Shown: in pieces, positions 1 through 12,599 of the stretch
Position numbering within the stretch: the stretch's first letter is position 1
How the letters are laid out: each line of letters starts with the position of its first letter
DNA from: Hemiscyllium ocellatum
Lineage: Eukaryota
NCBI RefSeq assembly: GCF_020745735.1
Contig: NC_083426.1
Coordinates: forward strand, 44,950,001 to 45,014,000
DNA: 64,000 bases
Direction: 5' to 3'
The notes under the pieces: model-generated
Database searches by the model: none
What the model saw: only the letters and a program-made list of their open reading frames with translations
What the model was told of the DNA's origin: nothing
Position numbers and translations under genes: made by a program

Positions 1-12
1 TCCTAATGTATC

Positions 13-100
13 TCCTCCCCGCCCCACCACTATTCTCCCCTCTCCTTCTTCCTATCCCATCTCCTCCCCTCCCCGCCCCTCCTCTCCCCTCTCCTCTTCT
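13..100. repeat. C/T-rich low-complexity repeat
   Basis: Reiterated CTCCTCCCC/CTCTCC units. Confidence 0.8.
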
Positions 101-760
101 ATTTGCTTTGATCATCACAAAAAGAGTTTCCAGTTTCCTGTCCTTTCAAGAACATCTTTACAGTTAGATGAGTTTTCAATAACCTGCACAGAATAAATCA
201 AACCTTCCACTAATTATTTTAAATGTTAGAATTATCTTGTATCTTAATGGAATCTCCCCAATCTTCAATAAGCTCTTCCTTAAACCAAATTTATTGAACA
301 ATGGATGAACAAATGTATTGCACTCGCACACACTTTCCAATCAAAACTCTTAAATATACCTCCTCAGTGAAAAGTGTTGGCATTTAAATGCTGAGTGATT
401 CTTTGGTTAATTCCCAACAGGCTACTGATTGCTGTGTGAGTATTTGATGTTGGCAGCAATTGCTGTAAGCAGAAGATCATTTCATTCCCCACTGGAGCAA
501 TTCTAAACATTTTGATGGACATTACGTTTAACCCCTGTTGTTTTGAGAAAGCTAATCAATGATTGATACCAAATATGAATGGTCAGCTTGGCTCAGTGGT
601 GGGCATTTGGCATGAGAAACAGGAATGAGCCCCATTTCAGTTCTGGGGGACTTAACTTAGGCAGCCATTCCAGCCTGGTTGGATAAAATGCTATGGCGAC
701 ATAGTGGGTGGAGATGTAAAGACACCAGTCTATGTGGTAGATACAAAAGGGGACCTGTTT

Positions 761-2073
761 CATAGAACATAGAACATTACAGCGCAGTAAAGGCTCTTTG
801 GCCTTCGATGTTGCGCCAACTTGGGAAGTCAATCTGAAGCCCATCTATCCTACATTCTTCCATTTTTGTCCATATGTCTATCCAATGACTATTTAAAGCC
901 CTTAGAGTTGGCAAGTCTACTACTGTTGCAGGCAGTGCGTTCCACGCCCCTACTATTCTCTGAGTAAAGAAACTACCTGACATCTCTCTATCTATGTATC
1001 TATCACGCCTCAATTTGAAGCTCTGCACCCTTGTGCTAGCCATCACCATCTGAGGAAAAAGGCTCTCATTGTTCACACTATCTCACCCTCTGATTATCTT
1101 ATATGTCTCAATTAAGTTACCTCTCAACATTCTTCTCCCTCATGAAAACAGCCTCAATTTCCTCAGCCTTTCCCCAGAAAACCTTCCTTCCATACCAGAC
1201 AACTTCCTATTAAATCTCCTCTGAACCCTTTCCAAAGCTTCCACATCCTTCTTATAATGTGGTGATCAGAACTGTACACAATATTCCAAGTGTGGCCGCA
1301 CCACAGTTTGGTACAGCTGCAGCATGACCTCACAGTTCCGAAACTCAATCCCTCTACTAATAAAAGCGAACACACCATATGCCTTCTTAACACCCTACCA
1401 ACCTGGGTGGCAACTTTCAGGGATCTATGTACATGGCCACAGAGGTCCCTCTGCTTATCTACACTACCAAGAATCTTACCATTAGCCCAGTACTCTGCAT
1501 TCCTGTTACTCCTTCTAAAGTGAATCACTTTATACTTTTCTGCATTAAACTCCAGTTGCCACCTCTCAGCCCAGTTCTGCAGCTTATCTATGTCCCACTG
1601 TAACCTACAACATCCTTCTGCACTATCCACAACTCCACTGACCTTAGTGTCATCTGCAAATTTACTCACCCATTCTTCTATGAACTCATCCAGGTCATTT
1701 ATAAAAATGACAATCAGCAGTGGACCCAAAACAGATCCTTGTAGTACTGCACTAGTAACTGAACTCCAGGATTAACATTTCCCATCAACCACCACCCTCT
1801 GTCTTCTTTCAGCTAGACAATTTCTGATCCAAACCACTAAATCACCCTCAATCCCATGTCTCTGTATTTTCTGCAAAAGCCTATCATGGGAAACTTTATC
1901 AAACGCCTTACTGAAATCTATGTACGCTTCATCGACCACTAGACCCTCATCCACCTGTTTGGTCACCATCTCAAAGAACTCAATAAGGTTCGTAAGGCAC
2001 GACCTACCCTTTACAAAACCGTGTTGGCTATCCCTAATCAACTTATTCCTTTCTCGATGAACTTATTCCTTTC
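761..2073 (-). mobile_element. CR1-clade LINE, 5'-truncated and decayed
   Basis: ORF fragments SQHGFVKGRSCLTNLIEFFE, YIDFSKAFDKV and FINDLDE...SKFADDTK; (CATAGAA)n tail at 761. Confidence 0.93.
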
Positions 2074-2149
2074 CTCCTACTGTTCCGTGTAATAAAGTAC
2101 TGGAGCACAGGACTGTCGAAGTTGTTTATTTTCCCAATGGGAGTTGAAT

Positions 2150-2355
2150 CCAGTTCAGTTAGATGTGAATGATCCCAAAGTCTTTTCATTGACTGATTAC
2201 TTCATCACTGTTTGTGGAACCTTGCTGTGTACACATTGGCTTCGGTACCTGGTTACAAAACAAAAGTGAATACTGTTCAAAACAATGCATTGACTGTAAA
2301 GCATGCTGAGATGTGCTAAGGATATGCAAGGAGCTATGTAAATGAAGGCTCTTTT
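2150..2355 (+). mobile_element. Deu-domain SINE (SacSINE1-like), 3' part
   Basis: CTGTTTGTGGAACCTTGCTGTG...CATTGACTGTAAAG, matching the copy at 10695-11094. Confidence 0.6.
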
Positions 2356-3300
2356 ATTCCATTAACATTAGCCCAGCCTTTTACATTATGTTTATGATCA
2401 CTTATGAGAAATGATTACAGGCAACACATTTATAAACATAGTCACCCAGTCTCTTGCAGCCATTCATGAGTGGGGAGCTCTAGTGGATGGTGGTGCAGAA
2501 GTCTGGGTGTAACAGTGAATCCGTCACAAGGAGAAGGTGGCTTCAGGAGGGAAATAAAATGAAAATAAAGTGTTCTCATAAAGAAAGTTGAATTGAAATG
2601 TCAAGGAAATGAAAAAAGACAAGACAGAAGAAGGCATTTGAATTGGAAGTAAAATAGGAATTCACACTGAAGAAGGATTTTTGACCCAGAGTAGGGATCT
2701 TAAATGAGTGGAGATAGCAGTTGGTGACAGATAATTATTGGATACTTATTGGCCATGCACCAGCTTTCAGGGAAAGGGGCTTGTGGGGGATCATAAGAAG
2801 GACAAGAGAGATAATGAATCTCCTTTTAGAGTCTGATTCAACAAGGGAAGTTCCAAGTTTGTCAAAAGAGGCTTATGTAACTGTCAGTGCTTGATTACTT
2901 GAGCCTGATAATTGATGTGTTTGATTAGATTAAGCATGGTTGTGAACTCAAATCAAATAAAACAGACAGCACAGAACGTAGGCATTATTGTTGACATTTT
3001 ATGACTGCAGAAATATTTTGATACTTTTGTAAGTAAGTAAACTCAGCATAATCCCAGAGAGATGTGTCTGATGATGAGTTTTACATGAAAGTCACCACAC
3101 CTCAGGTCAGATGTGAGGTTGAGAAGGTGGGATCCTCATATTAACATTTGTTAGTATAAAGAGTAGTGTAGGAATTGAACGTGCAACGTTGGTGTCAGTA
3201 TGCATATCCAGCTAATGATATATAAAATATGATATATGAAAATATGATACATAAAACATACAGTACAGAGCAATAGCAATCAATTTGCAAGCAATCAAAA

Positions 3301-3612
3301 GTGGCACGGTGGCTCAGTGGTTAGCACTGCGGCCTCACAGCGCCAGGGACCCAAGTTCGATTCCAGCTTTGGGCAACTGTCTGTGTGGAGTTTGCACATT
3401 CTCCCCATGTCTGTGTGGGTTTCCTCTGGGTGCTCCAGTTTCCTCCCAGTGTCCAAAGATGTGCAGGTCAGGTGAATTGGTCAGGCTAAATTGTCCGTAG
3501 TGTTAGGTGCATTAGTCAGAAGGAAATGTGTCTGGGTGAGATACTCTTCGGAGGGTTGGTGTGGACTTGTGGGGCCGAAGGGCCTGTTTCCATACAGTAG
3601 GGAATCTAATCT
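3301..3612 (+). mobile_element. HE1-type tRNA-derived V-SINE
   Basis: A box TGGCTCAGTGG, B box GTTCGATTCC, V-domain GTGTGGAGTTTGCACATTCTCCCC, AATCT tail. Confidence 0.92.
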
Positions 3613-4526
3613 GGGGAGCGATCCATTAAAATTTCCCTTTCAAGGCTCTGTTAAAGTATAATTAGAGCCCTTTTGGTATAAGACAATTTATACCAGTACA
3701 TGAGGATCTGTGCTGCTTGAAGTGAGCTTTCCACTGCCTGAAGAAGCTTACAGGTTTACATTATTAATTGTCACAGTCTGTGCAGCTAAGTAGCTTACTT
3801 AATGGGCCACCTGACCAGTTTCTGCTGTGCAACTGAGATTAAAATCAACCCCCAATTGTTGGATTTTTATATTGCCCAGCTTGTACATCATTGCTTTTTT
3901 TGAAGTGTTCCAACAAAGAGCAGCAGCTGTTCCAAACATTGCTATGTACCAGAAACAAAAGGAAACACTTCTTCAATACAATCACAGATAAACAGATTTC
4001 TTAGAAACGTTATACAGTGAAGCCAATGACATCCTGATGAGGAATAAAAGCACTTCCTACAATTTTGCACACCGCAATGTGGGAATTTATAAATAACTGT
4101 TTTAAAATCAGGGCAGAAATTAGAAACTATATTGAAATCTGCAAAACCATTTTGCTGTAAAATAAATGAATATCAATAATCGAAAATAAGTTATGAGGCG
4201 GAAAGAACAAAGAACATGACTGACCTGTCAAGTGAGGTTTTGTTTAGCACATAACATGATAAATGTTACATGTGCATGGTCTGCACCTATCACTATCACC
4301 TTTTATCGCCTGCCACTGTTCAAATCGCTTCTAAATATTTACTTTTTCACAAGGGATAGAAAACTAGCACACTCCATGTTCTACTCATGACCAATGCCAT
4401 GAGAGGAGCACTCACCCAGCTTCTTATTCAATTCATGCTTATTTTCCAGTGCAGTTTATCTTCCAGAAGTGGAAGTGTGTGTAAATTGATAGCTTGATCC
4501 AAGGAAGCCTACCTCAGAGTAGAAAG

Positions 4527-4935
4527 GAGGACTTGTGTTTGTGCAACGCCTTTTACAACCTCAAGGTATTCCAGTGGAGATTTGAATTGCATTTGCAGTT
4601 GTAATTGAGGAATTAACAGCCCAAATGTGTGCAACAAGCTCCCTCAAGAAGCAGTGAGACCATGGTTAGGTAATCTGCTTTGGTAATGCCAACTAGAAAG
4701 CAAGAATTGGCCAAGGCACCCAGAGTAAAAAAGTCCTTGCATGGGATCTTTTCCAAACAACAGCACTGAATGAAGCACAATCTTATCCAAAACCTGGCAT
4801 CTTTCAGCATCGCATCATGACTGTGTTGGAGAGTTAGGCTGGATTGTGTACTCAAGTCCTTAGAACAAGAGTTCAACCTTGAACCTGCAGAGTAAGAACT
4901 CAGGAGATCTCCACACTGAGCCACAGCTAATGTCA
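4527..4935 (-). mobile_element. Deu-domain SINE (SacSINE1-like), decayed
   Basis: Minus strand begins TAGCTGTGGCTCAG and contains AAAAGATCCCATG; collinear with the other copies. Confidence 0.65.
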
Positions 4936-5095
4936 TATGTAGGTGTTCATCTCACCTCTTGAAGACAAAGTACCTGTACCCTCAACTGGTTTCTATCACA
5001 CCCCAGTTGCAGATTTTGTCAGCTTCCAGACCGGTTATGCAGCTTGGAATGTGACCATCCCACCAGACATTATCCTACACCATAAGAGGAGGCAT

Positions 5096-5438
5096 GATTA
5101 GATTAGATTAGATTAGACTTACAGTGTGGAAACAGGCCCTTCGGCTCAACAAGTCCACACCGACCCGCCGAAGCGAAACCCACCCATACCCCTACATTTA
5201 CCCCTTACCTAACACTACGGGCAATTTAACATGGCCAATTCACCTGACCCGCACATCTTTGGACAGTGGGAGGAAACCGGAGCACCCGGAGGAAACCCAC
5301 GCTGACACGGGGAGAACGTGCAAACTCCACACAGTCAGTCGCCTGAGTCGGGAATTGAACCCGGGTCTCAGGCACTGTGAGGCAGCAGTGCTAACCACTG
5401 TGCCACCGTGCCGCCCATTATGCCACCGTGCCGCCCAT
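5096..5438 (-). mobile_element. HE1-type V-SINE, young, with duplicated 5' end
   Basis: (GATTA)n tail, intact A/B boxes, TGCCACCGTGCCGCCCAT present twice. Confidence 0.95.
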
Positions 5439-6820
5439 CATAATTGAAATCATAAGATCTCAAACACAGTTTTAGAGCAACTGGTATATCTGACACCTTT
5501 TGCCCGGCATTGGGTAGAACTGCAAATGTCTGGAGGCGCTCAACCGTTCCACCTCTCTATTTTGCATTATGCTACAAGCTCCCTCTTTTATTAATCCTTT
5601 CGGCCAGTTATCCCAATGTTTCTTTATTTGATTCAAAACAGTTTTTGCATGCTTGTGAAGTACCTCTGCTATTTAAATGCAAGCTGTTATTCCAGTGTTA
5701 GCACCAGTCATCTTTTCCACTGCATAGTCGGAATGGAGTAAATTCAGGACAACTCTGATAATTACAGAGCTCATCTGATAGTGCAATCTCCTGAGGCCAC
5801 CCGACTCATTTGCTGAGATATCCAAGCATTACTTTGTTATCTCCTAAATCTCAACTCGCCAATAGAACGCTAACTCACCATGTCATTTCTGGTACATTGA
5901 GTCATTTGTGTAAATGGGTTTAGCTCATCTGTACACTGTAATGGGGAGCAGTGACAAGATAATGGCCATGGGCTCTGCTACAAGCCAATAAACACTCATT
6001 TAAAATCAGATGAGATTTCCAGCCCCACACCACTAAAAAGCTGTAAGTGAATGGGAATAATATGCTGTAAATTACTGCCATAAATGTACATCATCTCACA
6101 GACTATAATGCATCATTCTTTACAAACTGATTAAAACTAAGAGCTGGCAGTAAGCTTGGTCAAACTAACCACTCAGTGTAAATTTCTGATCTCTTTTAGG
6201 GAGGGAAGAAAGAGGAATGGTTTACCCAAACTCTTTTTGCTCTGTCAGGAAGATAAAGAGAAAGCAACATGATATCATAATATCAGCATGAATTAGTGAG
6301 TGAATAAATGTACTTTTAAAGGATTTGAATCATCACCTTCTTTGCTGAATGGAAACAAACATTTACAAAGTATACATTTCCAAAAGAGAATGCTCCTTTC
6401 AGAACTTGCTAGTTTTGCAACAACTTTCTATTCTACTTTTCATTGGCTTTCTCACACTTGCAATCTAAGTCAATTAGTCATGCATAAACACATATTCATC
6501 TATCTCTGCCTTGGTTGTAAGAGTTAATGAGAAGAACGTTCAACTCTGAATGAGAAAGTCAAGTAGGAATTAGTAGCAGGCCAAGTGTGAAGGAAGGGAG
6601 ATAGGAGTTGTAATCAGCAGAAATGGTGCCTTATAGACGAGTCATACAAAGGGAACTTAGAAATTGATGGATCTGTCTGTAATAAATTGTAAGGAGCAAG
6701 AGGTGAGCAATGGCTATGTCTCCCAGCTGTATCACTCATGCAGAGAGGATAATGAACACATTTAAGGCTGAGTTCAATGGATTTTTGATAAAGGGAGTCC
6801 AGGATTTGTAGTGATTGAAT

Positions 6821-7177
6821 TGGCACCATCCTGGTGGACCACATAGAATATGAGTTCCCTGATCAGACCAGATTAACAGCCGCAATCAGGGAGCCCTGGC
6901 TGACAGATAAGAACAAGAGTGTCAAACATCCTATATGGAAGTGAGAACTAGCAGTAGTAATTCCTGATGAACGGTTTTTGCCTGAAACATTGACTTTCCT
7001 GCTTTTCAGATGCTGCCTGACCTGCTGTCCTTTTCCAGCACCACTCTAATCTTGCATCAGACATTCTGTTCACTCTGACAGCTGGCTCTGAGGGAGCTGG
7101 ATCAGTGTCAAATGCTCTCCATGGGTAAGTAGAGGGTGACTTGGTGACAGGATACCGACCTTGTGCGGCTATTTAAA
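6821..7177 (+). mobile_element. Probable solo LTR interrupted by a mini-PLE
   Basis: Short inverted repeat TCCCTGAT/ATCAGGGA and a TATA-like GATAAGAA; resembles a shark LTR from memory. No clean TSD. Confidence 0.45.
6933..7056. mobile_element. Penelope pLTR mini-insertion with short inverted terminus and degenerate hammerhead
   Basis: ATTCCTGATGAACGGTTTTTGCCTGAAACATTGA followed by pLTR sequence; imperfect TSD TCAAACATCCT (6922-6932) / TCAGACATTCT (7057-7067). Confidence 0.7.
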
Positions 7178-7391
7178 CTTCCATTCTGAGATTTGCATGA
7201 AGTCTTATTCAGAGAATGAATGTTGTCTGATGCATTTCAGAATAGCTTTGCAGCCCTGTCCTGCTTCGAACAGGGCTTGGCGATTGAGAATATTTAGTCC
7301 ATAGTTTTCAAACTTGACTATCAGTTTTCAGCACTGAAAATGTGTTGCTGGTCAAAGCACAGCAGGTCAGGCAGCATACAAGGAACAGGAA

Positions 7392-7427
7392 ATTCGATGT
7401 TTTGGGCCAGAGCCCTTCATCAGGAAT
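7392..7427 (-). ncRNA. Minimal hammerhead ribozyme motif, core mutated
   Basis: ATTC-CTGATGA-A-GGGC TCTG GCCC-AAAAC-ATC-GAAT; GAAA changed to AAAA, consistent with CpG decay. Confidence 0.7.
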
Positions 7428-7717
7428 GAGGAGTGTGCCAGGCAGGCTAAGATAAAAGGTAGGGAGGAGCGACTTGGGGGAGGGGCGATGGAGATGTCAT
7501 AGGTGGAAGGAGGTCAAGGTTAGGGTGATAGGCTGGAGTGGGGTGGGGGCAGAGAGGTCAGGAAGAAGATTGCAGGTTAGGAGGGCGGTGCTGAGTTCGA
7601 GGGAACTGACTGAGACAAGGTGGGGGGAGGGGAAATGAGGAAACTGGAGAAATCTGAGTTCATCCCTTGTGGTTGGAGAGTTCCCAGGCAGAAGATGAGG
7701 CGCTCTTCCTCCAACCG

Positions 7718-8464
7718 TCATGTTGTTATGTTCTGCCGATGGAGGAGTCCAAGGGCCTGCATGTCCTTGGTGGAGTGGGAGGGGGAGTTGAAGTGTTGAG
7801 CCATGGGGTGGTTGGGTTGGTTGGTCCGGGTGTCCCAGAGGTGTTCCCTGAAGCGTTCCGCAAGTAGGCGGCCCGTCTGCCCAATATAGAGGAGGCCACA
7901 TCGGGTACAGCGGATGCAATAGATGATGTGTGTGGAGGTGCAGGTGAATTTGTGGCGGATATGGAAGGATCCCTTGGGGCCTTGGAGAGAAGTAAGGGAG
8001 GAGGTGTGGGCGCAAGTTTTACATTTCCTGCGGTTGCAGGGGAAGGTGCCGGGAGTGGAGGTTGGGTTGGTGGGGGGTGTGGACCTGACGTGGGAGCACG
8101 AGGCAGCGCCGATACAGTCATCGATGTAGCGGAGGAAAAGGTGGGGGGTGGTGCCAGTGTAGTTGCGGAAGATGGGCTGTTCCACATATCCTACGAAGAG
8201 ACAGGCATAGCTGGGGCCCATGCGGGTGCCCATGGCAACTCCTTTAGTTTGGAGGAAGTGGGAGGATTGGAAAGAGAAGTTATTGAGGGTGAGGACCAGT
8301 TCAGTCAGTCGAAGGAGGGTGTCAGTGGAAGGGTACTGGTTGGTGCAGCAGGAAAGGAAGAAGCAGAGGGCTTTGAGGCCTTCGTGATGGGGGGGTGGAG
8401 GTGTACAGGGACTGGATGTCCATCGTGAAGATAAGGCATTGGGGACCGGGGAAGCGAAAATCAT
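7718..8464 (-). pseudogene. PLE RT/GIY-YIG ORF remnant fused across an in-frame deletion
   Basis: 248-aa ORF joins YIDDCIGAASCSH directly to VRSTPP...CNRRKCKTC and has a premature stop after NITT. Confidence 0.85.
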
Positions 8465-9462
8465 GGAGGAGGTGGAGGGCGTGGGTGGTGTCCCGAAAGT
8501 AGGTGGGGAGTTCTTGTACTAAAGGGGACAGAACCGTGTCAAGGTACGTGGCGATGAGTTGGGTGGGGAAGAGCAGGCTGAGACAATGGGTTGGCTGGGG
8601 CAGTCAGGTTTGTGGATTTTGTGCAGGAGGTAGAAACGGGTGGTGCGGGGTTGTGGGACTATGAGGTTGGAAGCGGTGGATGGGAGATCCCCTGAGGTGA
8701 TGAGGTTATGGATGGTCTGGGAGATGGTGGCTTGGTGGTGGGAGGTGGGGTCATGGTCAAGGGGGCAATAAGAGGAGGCGTCCGCGAGCTGGCGTTTGGC
8801 CTCAGCGGTATAAAGGTCGGTGCGCCAAACTACTACCGCGCCTCCCTTGTCTGCCGGTTTGATGGTGAGGTTGGGGTTGGAGCAGAGGGAGTGGAGGGCT
8901 GCACGTTCTGAGGGTGAGAGGTTGGAGTGGGTGAGAGGGGTGGACAGGTTGAGTCGGTTAATGTCGCGGTGGCAGTTGGCTATAAATAGATCGAGGGCGG
9001 GTAAGAGGCCAGCACGGGGCGTCCAGGTGGATGGGGTGTGTTGGTGGCAGGAGAAGGGGTCATCAGAGGGTGGGCGGGAGTCTTGGTTGTAAAAGTAGGC
9101 ACGGAGGTGAAGGCGGCGGAAGAATTGTTCAATATCTCGCCGCGTGTTGAACTCATTAATTCAATATCTGTTTTCAGCAGTTTACTAACACTTTTCCAGT
9201 CTGAAAGAAGGCAGTGAATATTACAGTGTTTGGATAATGACAGTCAGACTGTTTTGCTCACATAACTCATCAGCTGTGTGTATATATGGGAAAATATCAG
9301 TGCTCAAAAGGGGAAAGACAGAACTGGTCGCACCTTGATTTGGGACATTAAGCAATCAAAGTGATCATTTCAGGCTATGGCCAATTTGCCATGGGGTGTG
9401 ATTTAAAACAGAGATTAGATAAGTTTTTGATGATAAGGGATTCAACGGTAAAGGGGGGTGTG

Positions 9463-10252
9463 GGGTTTAAAACTAGAGGTTGAAGGTTGGGAAAAGGTTT
9501 AAAAGATTTAAGGTGAGAGAAAATACATTTTCAGACAGAGGGTGTTCCGTGTATGGAACAACGTGCTAGAGGAAGTGATGGAGGCTGGTACAATTACAAC
9601 ATTTAAAAGACATCTAGATGAATATATGAGTAGGAAGGGTTTAGAGGGATATGGGTCATAGAATCATAGAGATGGACAGCACAGAAACAGACTCTTCAAT
9701 CCATGCCTACCAGATTTTCTAGATTAACCTAGTCCCATTTACCAGCATTTGGCCCAATCCCTCTAAACCCTTCCTATTCATATTCCCATCCAGATGCCTT
9801 TTAAATGTTGCAATTGCACCAGCCTCCACCACTTCCTCTGGCAGCTCATTCCATACACGCACCACCCCCTGCATGAAAAAGTTGCCCCTTAGGTCCCTTT
9901 TAAATCTTTCCCCTCTCTCCTTAAACCTATGCCCTCTATTTTATGACTCCCTGACCCTCATGATTTTATCACATCCAAATCATTTACGTAAATGACAAAA
10001 AACAGTGGACCCAGCACTGATCTTTGTGGCACTCCACTGTCACAGGCCTGCAGTCTGAAAAACAACCCTCCACCATCACCCTCTGTCTTCTATCTTTGAA
10101 TCAATTCTACATCTAAATGGCTAGTTCTCTCTGTATTCCATGTGATATAACCTTGCTAACCAATCTACCTACAAATGCTGGAAAATGGAGCTAAGTCCGT
10201 TTGGGATGTCTGGTCAGTGGGGATCATTTGGAGTGCTGTATGACTCTATGAC
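9463..10252 (+). mobile_element. CR1 3' fragment split by an antisense CR1
   Basis: ...GGGATATGGG (9655) resumes as CAAATGCTGG (10172) and ends TGACTCTATGAC. Confidence 0.75.
9656..10170 (-). mobile_element. CR1 fragment nested in antisense, internally deleted
   Basis: TCATAGAATCATAGAG tail; reverse complement of the 3' region of the CR1 at 26376-27469. Confidence 0.85.
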
Positions 10253-10694
10253 AACCTATTAGCTGAAGTTTTGCAATGCTTTCAAACTGTTTCTGTGTTT
10301 CCCTAGATTAGAATAGCAAAGCACCAATCCAAACCACCCATTTGCTTTCAATTAGACCTTAAATTTGCAGTTAGTCCTCTTTAAATACCAAAACAAACCT
10401 ATTAGTTCCTCCATGTAAAAATACAAAGCAAGAAACACAATGTATATGGAGTAAGCATTTGTGCTTTCATGTACCAGACTTAGACCCAAGTGACGATAAA
10501 TGATGCATCACAGATTCAAATACACAACAGGGGAGCTTGATGATCAAAATGTTTCTCACCATGAGTCCTTTAATGGATAATACAAAAAAAAAGTTGTCAT
10601 GTGTCTGTTAAAGTTGCTCAGCTGAAAAAACACATATTTCCTTGATTTGTCCTGGTTCACAGTTCCACAGAATCTCACCGATATAAACCTGGTA

Positions 10695-11094
10695 TCCCTA
10701 TGGCTCAGCTTGTAGCACTCTTGCTACTGAGTCAGAACACTGGGGACTCAAGCCCAGCTCTCTGATTGAGAACAAAGTCAAGGCTTGTCTAAAGCTGCAT
10801 TGTCAGAGGTGGCACCAGCCAGATGAACTATGACCTTCTCTGTCCTCATTGGTAGCCATTAAGATTCCACAGAATTAATCAACAATCCCTGATGTTCAGA
10901 CTAATATTTATCCCTCAGCCCACATCACAAAATAGATCACTTGGTAATTTTCATATTTCTGTTTGTGGAGGCTTGCTGTTCTTGGCTGTGCATTTCCTAC
11001 AGTACATTCAACACTTCAAAAATGCTTCATTGCCTGTAAAGTGCTTAATGATGTCTTAAGATCGCAGAAGGTGTTATATCAATGCAAGTCTTTC
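10695..11094 (+). mobile_element. Deu-domain SINE (SacSINE1-like), near full length
   Basis: TGGCTCAGCTTGTAGCACTCTTGC head, AATATTTATCCCTCA core, AATGCAAGTCTTTC end. Confidence 0.8.
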
Positions 11095-12599
11095 AATGTC
11101 GATCAATAGAAGCCCACAGTTATAAGTCAGTAGGATCTTATCAATAAGGAACAGTCACTGCTTAGTTCAAAGATTGACATTAATTTGGTCAACAATTCTA
11201 ATTCTGCTAATATCAAAATAGTTAATATTCTCTGTTCAGTTAATGAAAGATCATTAATAAAACGAATTCAGCAATATTACTTTGAATGTTTGAGGCATCA
11301 ACTTGTGAAATGTTCTGATTTGCTTACGTATGACCAAAATGTCATCATTTAGCAGCTTATGCCTTCCTGCATCACATATTTTGAGAGCTAATCTTCTTAC
11401 AGATTAGCTTTAATCGTATTATGCTTCTTCTGCTTTCATTGTAGAGTTTCTGAATTTGAGTCAGAAAGTGAAGGAATTGAATCTAATGCCAGACAATCTT
11501 CGTAATTGGAGGCCAGAGCTGAATTCTAAGTTGACAGCTAGAAACTCATATCCAATCCATTCCGGCAGCTTATTGTAATGGCTTCTGGGGGGTCCATTAA
11601 ACTGTCCTTGCATCTAGTATAACTGTCCTGCTGGCTGATGTAAAATGCTTATGATCACGAAAGCACCATAACATCACAGTCTTTCAGATGTTAATAAACC
11701 TAGGAACCTTTCAAATATTCCATAATATTCTTCCAGGAAAGGTCATGTAGTGACTAAATGAGCAACCTTTGTATGAAATGTCATTTGCAATGAAGTAACC
11801 GGCTTGTGTGGAGGGCTTGTATATTTGGTAAGGCACCAGGAAAGCCACTAGTACGAAGTAGATCTGATTCAAATAAGTAAAAGAGCAATGATATGGTTTC
11901 AATTCCTTCTATGTCAAGAAGCTAGATACGGAGAAATAGCTAATGCTACTAAATAAATAAACAGTATCACATTTCTGAATTCAAAAGTGCTTCACATTAG
12001 AAGGGCATTTACTTTAGCCAATGGTACTATATTTTACAGATAAAACAATATCAGAAAAAGATCATCTGGAAGTGGAAGATGTTCAGACCTAGAAGCAGCC
12101 TCAAAGCTACTATGAACAGCACTATACCTCGGAGTTTTGTTTCATCACGGACATCTTAAAGAATTCTGGCTATGTTTGACTGATACTTAAATCGCTATTC
12201 ATTAACATCCTTTACAGTAGCAACCAATGTAATGGTTGCACTCATTGTTATGAATACGGTTCTTTCTCTTAACCAAGCAGGTTCAGTCAACACATTCAAT
12301 TAGTAAAGAAATCGTTGCTCAGTATTGATGAAGTTGGCAATCAACAACAATTTCTACATCATTGCTGATTTCCAAGAGGCATTCATGCAAGTGAATCATG
12401 CAACTAGCACGTGCAAGTGAATCATTGAGGATATGCCATGTCCTATTGCAAAGTTGATAGGTTGTCTGCAAAGCCAACCATGAAATTACAATGCTAATTT
12501 AACTGTCTCAACTCCTGGCTCATTCATTCTGCAAGAGTTTAGGTTGAAGCTCTTAAATAAGGTAATAGATTGTCTTTAACCCTCTATACAATGCATCAG

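Larger units (their letters stand above)
7334..9164 (-). mobile_element. Penelope-like element (Neptune type), 5'-truncated, internally deleted
   Basis: RT motifs GVAMGTRMGPSYACLF and FLRYIDD; Cys linker CNRRKCKTC; GIY-YIG IIYCIRCTRCGLLYIGQTGR; TSD TATCAGTTTTCAGCA (7319-7333) / TATCTGTTTTCAGCA (9165-9179). Confidence 0.95.

Noticed and set aside
3301-3370. tRNA genes at HE1 heads (all copies)
   Set aside because: A/B boxes run into the SINE body and tail, with no acceptor stem or terminator.
5401-5438. 18-bp duplication at the HE1 5' end, and a 13-bp one at the CR1 5' end (2041-2073)
   Set aside because: Real, but ordinary 5'-junction slippage during retrotransposition.
7460-7640. G-quadruplex regulatory element
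   Set aside because: The G-runs reflect PLE strand bias and occur equally in the 53-kb copy, so there is no locus-specific evidence.
7497-8428. Overlapping Pro/Ser- or Gly-rich ORFs, also at 53156-54360
   Set aside because: Alternative-frame and antisense shadows of the C-rich PLE coding strand.
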